Of a DNA stretch of 64,000 nucleotides, positions 12,442-24,100 are shown in pieces. Each line of letters starts with the position of its first letter. Positions within the stretch are counted from its first letter, which is position 1. Location of the stretch: the NCBI GenBank assembly GCA_903813345.2, contig CAIIXF020000001.1:23436001-23500000 (forward strand), read 5' to 3'. A program made the position numbers and the translations under genes. This stretch comes from Owenia fusiformis. Its lineage: Eukaryota. Under the pieces are notes generated by a model. That model did not search any database. It was not told where the DNA came from and saw only the letters and a program-made list of their open reading frames with translations.

Positions 12442-13893
12442 TGTTCATTGTTTTCCGTGTCATTATATGTGCCATTATAGCTGTTGTCTTTGCCTGTGTG
12501 GTTCAGTGGTAGATTCGCCTGTTTGGTTCAGTGGTAGATTTATAATTCAAGGCGTGATCGTATGGGTTCTTTTCATAATTATTCGTGTCTGATGAAATTA
12601 CTACGACACCAAGCTTTATAGTAAAAATTTCATCAATGAATCCAAATATAGCAAATGAGTAATGATTGGCCAATCAAAAGAGAAGAGAGTGACATCACTT
12701 TCCTTTTATGGATTTTAGGTAGCGATACAATTACGTATTTCGTCGTTATATTATTTACGAAGATTATCTTTTGGCATAATTATGAGTTCGTTTATTATTC
12801 TTACTATTTATTTGCATTATACTTTATATAAATATAACTTCAAGTATCAAGTATATTGTAGGCCTAAAGTACGAAAACATCTTATCCCAATTTAGAAACT
12901 AGGTCATTGAAAGATGAACAATTTTCATCTCTCCTTTCAAGATTTTAATCGATCAAGGATATTACAATGTACTTCATAAGATAAAGGACACCACTGTACA
13001 CATTCTGGTGAGTTATACGTTTTATACATTCCAATTTAATCCCTTTCTTAGGTGTACCGCTGCATTCGAGTAATTTTGGAACCATATTTTCACTTCCTCT
13101 TTCAACTTCAACTTGAACTTCCAAGAAATAATCAAAATCGAAAATGAAAACAAATATACAAGTATAGGCCGCCATTTATCTATCTGATTTTTGGGCTAAT
13201 GTAACATGCAAGATCTGATACAGTCACAAATAGGCTTCATAGATGTTAGGTGCATTCATGCACCCTCTGGGTCTCTGAGGATCTTGTTGGCCTTACGACA
13301 ATCCAACGCATTAGAGGCGGTGTTCACCGTCTACATAGATGTCGGAAAGATTATTTTGTAGGACTGATACACAGTGAGCACCATCAATCTTCATTATTCA
13401 TTATGTTATGTTAGATATTAGATAGATTATGCTGACTATGGACTGATAGCTACAGTTGGGAACATAAAGAATTACTAGACTAGGGCAAAGAGGTGTAACG
13501 TCGACTGGTGGGATTAAGTCGACATAAATGACGGGGTAACTTCGACACTTACTTATTAGAAGTAGAATTTCCGTTTCCGCCATTTGTTTGATTTCTGGAA
13601 AAATAAAATCTTGCGAGATCTCGATCCATGCGATAAAAAAACATGGCTTCCCCCAAGACTGTAACACCTCTAGTAACAAATATGCAAATTAATTTACTCC
13701 ATTGGTCATTTTGAATGGCACATCCTATGTAAACAAATAATTTTCCAATCCCAAATTTTAACATATGTGGGCTATAGTCTGAATATTTTCATTTCAAATT
13801 TCAAAAAGATTTCAGACTAGAGGTCTGTGATATTCCCAGGAATACTCATTTTCTGTTCAAAAACATTTACAATACAATATGTAAAACACAGAA

Positions 13894-14303
13894 TCACGCG
13901 GTACTAACTTTGACCGTTAATTTGAATTTTTGACCTACCAGATGCTTGAAAATCAAGGATTGCGAGTCTCATACTGGACCGTTTTTCTTCAAACTTATAC
14001 GATTAAAAGCAAAACTAAATTGCCTTTCTGTCGGTGCATTACTTTATTGTAAAGAGTCCCTCGTTCTAGCAGCGTTTTGGTCCCCAGCTGTTAGAAGGCC
14101 TTCTTACAGCTGGGGACCAAAATGCCACTGGAAGTAGGGACTCTGTTTAAGAGAATAATGTGCCATCAGAAAGGGATTTTTGAAATGCTTTGAATGGAAC
14201 AAGTTTGAAGAAAAACGTTGCAGAATGAGACTCGTAATCCTTGATTTTCAAACATCCGGTAGGTCAAAAATTCAAATTAACAGTCGAAGTTAGGACCGCG
14301 TGA
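13894..14303. mobile_element. 410-bp foldback (near-fully palindromic) element
   Basis: tcacgcggtactaactttgaccgttaatttgaatttttgacctacc... mirrors ...ggtaggtcaaaaattcaaattaacagtcgaagttaggaccgcgtga. The symmetry axis is the palindrome agaaggccttct at 14093-14104. Confidence 0.85.
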
Positions 14304-16191
14304 GTATATATGGTCAATAAAAGTCGCAATTCTTGATAAAAAGAAGTGGAAATCCCTGAAGATATCATCACCTAACTTCTAATTCAAGTCATGTTATCAC
14401 AGTAAATGGGTAGCTCGCATATTTCTGTTATACAAATATTAATTTGTAAAAAGTAAACATTTTATAAGCTGAGAAGGAATTTCCCGCTTTGACATGAAAT
14501 CATCAAAATTTGTGAAGGTAGACAAGGAAAAAAAGTATGACATTTTCTACCTGTCCTTAAAATAAAAAACTCATGTGATCCATTGCTTTCAGCTTAATTT
14601 TGGTCAACCATAATGGATATTCTTAAAACCCCTGAAGGAATCACTTATTCCTAAAACAATGCTATTTGTTAACTGTGTGTCAAAATGCAACATTTTGATG
14701 CAACAAAAATTGAAAAAGCAGGGATGGAAGGGGTTGAAAATCAGGACAACATTTCAGAAAAAACATGTGGGTGGGCTGTTTGCATCTTTCCTGTCTCAAA
14801 GTCGAAATTATTTTATGATCTCTATGAGTAGTTTTCCTGGAGGTAATTTATTGGCCTAACATATGCACCTGTTTAAATCCTCAGAAAATAGCCAAAATCC
14901 ATATGATTGCATGATATCTGTTGCGACACTTTCCGTCCTCTTTTCATGAAATAAAAAGCAAAATTGTTGAAAATTGAAATCGTGAATTCACTTAAAGTTT
15001 AACGCATAATCACATAAATATTCCAGAGGATCCAGAAACTTTGTTGTTGAAATTTCTTGTGAAGCTTTAGAATATTAAAAAAATTAATTCACATATTCAT
15101 CATGTTCCTTCAATGCAAATGATACATACAGTACACATACTGAATAAAACAGGTTTTTGAGGGTTACAAATAGATAAAGGTTATATGCGCTTAACATCCA
15201 AAGTCTACTTTATGCATATACATATATTGGAACCATTTTTATTATATGAGCTCTGGACACTTCATTGGAATCATGTTAGTCTATGTTAAATGAGTATTTG
15301 ATTTATATATTTATAACCTAATTAGTTATAAACCAAAGTTGAAGTTGAAAGATAACATTCTTAATATTGAGTATAGAGAACTGATGATCAGTTTAATTAT
15401 TGATAAAGACCATATATCTTAGAAGGGTGTTTACAGGCCATCCCCCAGATGCTATAAGACCAAATATATAACATGGTCGTTATCAAACAATTTTGCCTGT
15501 CCTTGACATTTGTCCCTTCATCTATAACCAAAAGTCTTCCGGACAAATGAAAACTGCCATTTTTTAACCTAATGCACACTCGGATCCATTTTATAGGGAG
15601 GAGTCCACGCAGATAATTTATATCATTTGTCCAATTGAGAACCAATTTTAAACCTTTTTTGAGAATTCATCAAAATATCATGTTTGTTAGAATATACAGA
15701 CTTAACATCAGAGCCCATTGGTCGTACCATATAAAAGGTGAAGGGGTGCTATTAGAAACACAAATGATGGTTGCTTGGAAAACAAAGGAATATCATGAAT
15801 CGTTCTACTGTAATATTCTATCGCAAATTAAATTGTTGAAGGATCTCTACAATGTCCTTGGTTTGGGTACTGTATAACATGAAATATTGCTGTGGATATA
15901 AAGTTGCCGATTGCCGAATGTAAAACAGAAACGGCAACATAAAATTCAGAAATATAATTAAGTAATTGAAGATCAATCTTTGTGGGCGATAATATGGTAG
16001 TTGTCTAATGTGTGTCAACTTACTTTAATAGGGTAATTTTCTAACAAGTATCAACTTACTATACTTTAACAAAAATCATAAATAAAATACAATAAAATCG
16101 AAGCTTTATTCCCCAGCATGAAATTACAATAAAAAGTCATGTTAAAAAGTTAAAATGTCAGAATCTAATTGTATCCAAGTGCTTTGGAAAT

Positions 16192-16251
16192 CCCAGTATT
16201 AAAAGTTTTTAATCCCGATATTAAAAGTTTTTAATCCCGATATTAAAAGTT
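16192..16251. repeat. 22-bp minisatellite (~2.7 copies)
   Basis: ccc(ag/ga)tattaaaagtttttaat repeated. Confidence 0.8.
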
Positions 16252-17644
16252 AAAATCACTCAAATGTCACTCATAATGTCAGGATGTCAGGTTTTCTGAG
16301 TCAGTAAAATGAAGGTGATTAAAATTCAGTTGTAAATCAAAATTATATTAGAGGTGTCAGCTTAGCAATATTTTATTTGGCTTTGCATTTAGGGGTGTCA
16401 GGTCGGCAAACTTTTATTCGGCAATAACAATTTTAATCCAATTCGGAAAATAAAGCACCCGGATTTAATACATGTTATACAGTATTTTATAGAAATACCT
16501 ATTTAATCCAATGATCATCATCAGGATCAGTTCTATTGCAGCGTGATGACTTTTGTGTCTGTTATATTATTGGGTGGAGAATCATTCTGGTTTACAACAC
16601 CCCCCCCCCCTCTTATCTGTCATTTGCGAGAATGGTTTAGCCCACTTTGGAAAGACCAAGACAAAAGGGGGCACTGTTATTGCGCTTGGTGGAGAATATG
16701 TATCTGCTATTGTTAGAATAGGACCATATGCTAAACAGGTCTCTGTGTGGAACATTTATGGAATTTGGATGTTTTGGCATTGGTTCATGTTACATGCCAG
16801 CATAATTCAATTAAACACCTCCCAGTGAATCTAATTACAGAACAGAATTAAGCTTGCATACATTTATATGGGTCTATCTGAGACGTAAACTGTAATGTGC
16901 AATGATAAACTTTCTGGAAAGCTGAACGGGAAACATCTGACAATTAATAAATATTTATACCTCCATGTAGATACAGATTACATATTGGTCGTTAAAAAGG
17001 CTCTTATTCAGATAAACACCACTGAATCAATAATGCTAACACCTTGGAATGTGAACACTTGAACAGTTTTATTCAGATCTAGCATTGTTCACTTTAAGGT
17101 ATGTTCTCTTTTAGACGTATGATGTCATTTTTTTTCATTTCATTGATTCACTTAAGAATACAGTTCAGAATAAAATCCTAAAGTCATAGATTGTTAACAC
17201 ATCAATGTGATTGCTCTCTTATTACTTTACTTGAATTTATGATCCATCATCACCAGTTGTGTTTTTCAGTGTTACATTGTATGTATGCTTGCTTTCTTAA
17301 AATATTGCCATTTGTGCTTCGTGGAAGGCCTCAAGACTCATTCTAGAAAACAATACGATCATCATGCAATGTTATTTATACCAGCTTGTAAAGGGTGTTG
17401 CCTGAGTATCTGATACCATGATTGTTAATATGATCAGGTTTTCATAATCATTGAAAATTGTCGAGCTAAATGTTACATTCCATGACATGAAGAAGGAGGA
17501 CGAGGGAGCAGGGGCGGATCTGGGAACCAACAAGAGGGGGGGCAGATCCTCCAGTGGGGAGGGGCTGATTGCAGTCCCTGGATATACTGCTTTAGTATAT
17601 TACAATCAATTACAAAGGGTTTCATTAGAATTTATGACAAAAGG

Positions 17645-17855
17645 CAGGCCCGTAGCCGGGGGGGGGGGGGGGGGGTCGATGGGTTCGAGCGAACCCCCCC
17701 TGGCCAAAAAATCTTTCAAAATCATGCAGTTTTCACCATTCTGAGCACTTTTTAAGTGATCTTGGCCATTTTTGAACCAGAATTGTCACAAGTGAACTCC
17801 CCCTGGAATTTTTCAAAAAGTGAACCCCCCTTGGCAAATCCTGGCTACGGGCCTG
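17645..17855. mobile_element. hAT-like MITE (TIR caggcccgtagcc)
   Basis: caggcccgtagcc...ggctacgggcctg. Related partial copies at ~39819-40010, ~40044-40080, ~42505-42645 and ~47340-47485. Confidence 0.8.
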
Positions 17856-18193
17856 ACAGGAAATGTGAATTTGAAAACAAGAGGCGAAATAATTAGAAAT
17901 AACTTTGAAACAGTTGCTATGGATCCCTCAAAACAGCAGGATAAACAACTGAAGAAAGTTTCCAGTTGTCTGAGGTCTGTTGCTAACGAATCTCTTACAC
18001 TATTGTACCATTATAAAACTAGTTGAGGGAGGCGGGTCAGAACCCAAAATATGTAAAATCTTATTAAAAGTTTTGCCATTTATCGTTTTTATCAGAAGAA
18101 TTATTGTAGTCTGTTCAGTTTTAAGTAAAATTTTCACACCTGGTTGTAAAACCTGCTGTTTGCTTTAATGTCATGTTTTTACGTGTTTCAGGA

Positions 18194-21100
18194 ATGGAGT
18201 CAGGGTTCCAACAGCGCAGGCTGCTTTCCCTTGATGAGGCCTACCAAGCAACTGCAGACTTCCTGCCTGGCAGTGAAGCAGGGATGTTATTTGTTGCCAT
18301 ATCAACCATTTGTGCTTCCATGGTGATTGTGATAGCGTTAGCTCTGTGCGTGTGTGGGAAGAAAGAAGGGTAAGTGAGAGCCAGAATCAGAAGTACAGTA
18401 TACAATTGTTGACCTCTCCAGAGGTCAACCGGCAAAATTGTATACCGAGACTGTAAACTGAGAAACTACTGTTGACAGAGACCGAAGGTCGAGGTCAACA
18501 GTAGTTTCAAGGTTTACAGTCGAGGTATACGATTTTGACGGTTGACCGAATGGAGAGGTCTACAATTGTTTTGTTAGTCCGAAGAAACTAGTAATACACA
18601 ATCATATAGACGGCAATCATCAATCGGCATGGCTTCATTTCATAATCTTTTCTCCGAACCACGTCAGCAATATTTTTTTAGAAATTCTGAAGATAGTGGT
18701 AGCTAAACTCTCTATATTCGGCACATCACGGTAGAGTCATTAGTAAATTAATGTTGATTTTACGTTTCTATTTGCATTTTTGCCATTCTTGTCGTCTAGT
18801 AAACTCAAAAAATCACTTTCATCAACGTTTACAATATTATGACGTCATGGAACTTTTTTCAAAAGTAGCGGTCAACAGTATCTAGTAGCGGTCAACAGTG
18901 CATATTGTTGACCGCTAATCAACCAATCAGAATCGAGTATTTCAGTTGAGGTACTAACAATATAGGTTGTGACAAAATGGCAAGATTATTTTGGGAATCA
19001 AAATATTTATAATTGTGAAGAATATATTCATTGGTAGGACTTGCCAATATATTCTTCACAATCACAAATATTTTGAAATGTTGCAAATGATAAAACATGG
19101 ATTTCCACATATAGAAAATGAAAAATCAAGTGTTAAATTCTCCAGTAATGTTTTGTGTACATGTTGCCTTTCTAATCTAAATGCACAGCTGATACATTTT
19201 GTTATATAAATAAAATATTAAAAATGGAGCTAACAGTAATGTCACACTTTCACAGTTTCTCATTGTAAAAAAGGAATCAGTTCATAAATGTTAAATTAAA
19301 TAAAGGTCATGAATGCCAAAGAATTAAATTATGAATGTCAGTTTAATCAAATGATGAATATCAGTTAAATAAAATGATGTAAATTGAAATGATGAATGTC
19401 AATTAAATGAAATGATGTATTATTTTTTCAGAGATAAAAATCTAGAGTTGAAGACTGTGACCCCAAGAGTTGATAGGAGGTCATCAAGAGATAATGTGAG
19501 TTCAAATAATATGAATACAAATAATGTGAGTTCAAATAGTTTTTCATGACAATTATAAATCAACCAGAGGCATAAAATCAAAGACATGAACACAAACATA
19601 TACAAGCAAGCATATATTATAAACTCTGTGTCAAGAAAACAGTCTCAAATACCCAAAAGACAAGCATACATACAAATATACTCAGTGTCAAGTATGCAGA
19701 CACAAACTTGTATACTTACAGGGAAGCAAAGAGACACAATGTACCCTAAGGCAAGCACACAGACACATATACCCAAAATCAAGCACACTGACAAATATAC
19801 TCAGTGTCAAGTATGCAGACACAAACTTGTATACTTACAGGGAAGCAAAGAGACACAATGTACCCTAAGGCAAGCACACAGACACATATACCCAAAATCA
19901 AGCACACTGACAAATATACTCAGTGTCAAGTATGCAGACACAAACTTGTATACTTACAGGGAAGCAAAGAGACACAATGTACCCAAAATCAAGCACACTG
20001 ACAAATATACTCAGTTTCAAGCATTCAGACATAAATATGTATACTTACAGGGAAGCAATGAGGCACAATCTACCCAAAGGCAAGCATGCAGACACATAGA
20101 CACGAGGCAAACACCTAGAAAACTTGAATTTTACAATCATGTATTTGTTTTATAGGATATTGTGGACTCAGCAAATCTCCAAATTGAAGTAGAGGGGGCT
20201 AAAAGACAGAGTAATGGATCTGCAACACATGAACATATCAGAGAAAATGTTTCATCAAACAGCAATGATAAACACAGGTATATAATCAAATATAAGTTAA
20301 ATGTTAATGCCTAATGTTTTGTCTTTTGTATTCAGTTTGCCTGAAATTAGAATTACTATACATGTACTTTTTGTACAGTAAACCAGTAGTATGTCTATGT
20401 AGTGATGATTGATGGTGTTTTCAGCACTGTATTCTACATTACTTTACCAATTCTGATCAAAATATCCTAATTCTCCATAACTTACCAATTTTCACTTGCT
20501 GGTATCAATGTGTTATGATTTGATATCATCTTCTATGTATTTTCCAGGGCTGAGTCAACCAAGTCAGCCACTATTGCTCGCAGACTTCCCGAGATCCCTG
20601 GAGTCCATACACCCCTCAGTGGCTCAGATGATGCCGTTTTTGAGGGTAGAGAAGAGAACTATTACAGTATACCAAAAGACTATCCTCAAAATATTGGCAA
20701 ACAGGCAGCTGAGAGGTCCAGTGCTATTCCTGCAGGTGTTGATGATGATAAGGATGATAGCATTATTGATCCATATAATACAGTGAAAGATGACACTAGT
20801 GAGACAGCTGGTGACTCTGCAAGTGGGGCTGTTGGAGGAGTAGACCCAAAATACACTAGAGTCAAAGGAGAGCCCCCCTATGCCAAAGTGAAAGGAGAGC
20901 CTCCATATTCGAAAGTGAAGGGTGAACCTCCATACTCCAAGATTAAAACAGATACTTCCAAGAATGACACTGGTGAAGAGGACCCCGACTATGCCACAAC
21001 AGAAGATGACTATGCTGCTATTACTCCACCCCCTGTACCCAACAGAGGATATCTTGACTCTAGCCCCCTACAACAACCCCCCAGATCCACGAGCCCAAAC

Positions 21101-24100
21101 TTACCATCTAGAAATCTCAACCCCCACATTCCAGCAGCTAATCTACCCCTCAGTTCCTCTGCTCCTCAGGGAACAAGTTCAGTGACGGACCAGGAGAGGG
21201 AGCCACCATACAATCAAGTAACAGTACGTGAGTCGTTGCAGAGTATCCGTGAGCGTCAACAGGAACAGCTCAGGGAGGCCAACTCACGTACTCTTAGTAA
21301 TGTGGATGAAGATTATGCCTCTGTAGATGCTGACAAAGTAAAGGTCTGTTCATTTATATCGCACCCTTGGGTGCTATAATATATTGTGCTATATTGTTCA
21401 AATCTGACTTCAGATTTGAGAATGACTTCTCAGGATCAAAAAACTCCAGATGTTGACCAATTTTTTTTCAAAATCAAGTTCTCAGAAATTCAAATCCGAC
21501 TTAAGATTGAACTCATTGTATTTGCATTGTATTGAGAAACCAGGAGCAACTAGGTGGTGACATTTTGTCATGTTAATGCCTTGTTATTTTCTATGGTATG
21601 GGAAATACAATTGGCAAATTGATGATATTTCAAGCATACTCCTTTATTTGAGGACACAGATTTTTGTATCCTGACAATCTACATGTACATTTCCATCAAT
21701 ATCATAAGTATTTCCTCGTAGGTTATGTAAATAAAAATTCAAATATAAAAAGGCTTCAACAAGTATGGTTGCCAAACTTGTGGAGGGGAGTGTATATTTG
21801 ATCATATGTTTATAAATGTGTATATTTGATAGATGCATTAGCTTCAGAAAAGGCAATCCTAGGTATAAAAGAGTATAAAATGAAGCGACACATTTTTAGA
21901 TGAATAACATAACATGAATGTCCAATATAATATTACGACCCCTTGGATTAGTGTACCACTCCCAATTTACCTTTTTGGGGACCTAAATTCTATTACATTA
22001 TTGTTTAACAATATGCCATACATTGGTGTTGTTGCATCATTGCTCAAATCTAGAGGAGTGTTTTTGCATCTTCGGTTTGGTGTTGTTGCATCAATAGTGA
22101 GGAACAAAAACCGTGAATTAATTGTTTCTTGATGATGCTACATGTATACCAATGGCAGTTATTTAAAACATAGATCGTGCACTAACTCTACGTGTATGGT
22201 TATTGAGAAACTCGTCTTAGAAATGGGTTAAAATTGGGAAAACAAAATATCTTACGAAAATCTATCACCGGAAGTCTGGCCATCTTGATGCAACAACACA
22301 GTGTTGTTGCATCACGATACTCCCCAGTGAATACTGAGTTGATTGATGCCTGTCAGTAGTCAGGTTTGTAAGGAAGATTTGTTTTATTGAATTATATCAG
22401 AAGTTGTTTGAAAATGAAAGTAAAAAGTAAGTATTGAGTCAACTGGTATAGTACTAGTATTATGAGGAAGTTGGAGGATTAAGTTGGGCATTAAGTTTAA
22501 GGAAGTGAAACCCATTGTATTACCTATATACACATTGTTTATGTACTCTGTCTAGTCTCTTTATCTCTCAAAATAATACATACAATCTAACTTTCAATAT
22601 ACTGTACATGTTGATTCCTGGGCTGATTCATTTTTATCACACAGATTTTAATCACATAGATTTCCAGAAATCAAATACTACGTGAGAAAAATTTTGCGCT
22701 TTATTGTAAGTCTTTAAAGTATGATTGGAGAGTACTTCCCCATGTCATAAAATGAGGGAAAGTTTGTAAGATTAGACATTTATGTTTGAAATTTTGGAGT
22801 CTGAAGAGGAATACATGTACGTTGATTTTAACTTGTGCATAATTACAAGTAGTTTTGTGTATGGTGTCAATTGGAGCTAGGGACACATAGTCAACCTCTA
22901 TAATTTTCCAAATACTGATGTTTTGAACAACTGAGATCACCCTTTATGTCCTCCATTCAAAGTTATGGATGTTAGAACACCCTGTTACATTTTTTCCATT
23001 TCAGAGTGAAGACAGTATCCCATTTGTCACACCCCCTCTATCAGATTTAAACAGAACTAGCCAGTACAGTGCCAGCGAGGTGTATGCTGAAATATCCCCT
23101 AACTCAGGTATGATAAGTTTATATATGTTAACTACATGTACAAACATAAGTCAGCTTCCCAAGTTTGGTTTTCTGAATGTTCCATATCATATCTCATGTT
23201 CATGCATCTTTCAATTGTTGCTTTTATTGTTTTTATGAAGTTTCAGCTCAGTAGTGATGTTTATATATATATGTTCGCTGCAATTATTTACCTTTTATGT
23301 GCTACCCTGTATTCAAATCTATTTTCTTTTTGACCCAATATGCCTATTATCAGAAATACAGAGTGATCATGAAATTTAAGGAATTTTTGATCACCATGTT
23401 CATACAGTAATCAGGATTACTGTGAACTGCATAAATGCATGATTTGAAAATGACAGTAGTTAAAAATTATTGCGAGGATGGGAATTGCATGGGGTTTGAA
23501 TTGAATTAAACTGAAGAATACACCAAAGGACACTTGGCATATTTGTTCCACTAGGAATGGTGTGTGGAATGGTGTGTAGTGTATAGCTGGTGCAGCACAC
23601 TGGCCAACAAATGCTCAATACGTGTTTGAGTATTCTTAGGTTGGTTATGAAATCACAAAAACAGTTTTTTTCTACTCACAATCTTTTTTATTTGAAAGAA
23701 TGTTTCGAATCCTAACTTGATCCTGATTTCAGTTCAGTGTTTTAAAACAGTAAATAAAGGGTCTGATCCGAAATGTTCTTTGATTTCGAATGATAAAGGT
23801 TGTGAATAGAAGAAAACTGTTTTTGTGATTTTTCAAGTTGAATAAACATGGTTTAATAGGCATATTTTGGATATTTCCCTATTATAGAACAATTTTAGAA
23901 GCTTCTGAAATAGGGCTTGCTGTTTTTGTGTTTATTGTTATGTTTACTTTTTGTGTTGTTATTGTCATGGTTACCATGTGAAAATGTTGTTGTTGCTAGG
24001 TGAGAACTCCAACCGTAGCTCGTTGTATGCAGGTATCCAGGACTCTGCTGTTAGCTCATCGGCCAATGAGAAACCTGCTAGTAGAAGTAAAGGTAGTTGT

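Noticed and set aside
12212-12592. Overlapping ORFs 12212-12475 (-) and 12230-12592 (+)
   Set aside because: These are alternative or antisense frames of the AAC4-like first exon and do not connect to the conserved domain.
14471-14940. Possible GAG...CTC-ended (Sola-like) element
   Set aside because: The terminal match is too degenerate and no TSD is visible.
19586-20155. 189-aa ORF with repeats
   Set aside because: It is the translation of the 119-bp intronic tandem repeat. The real exons flank it (19432-19495, 20156-20277).
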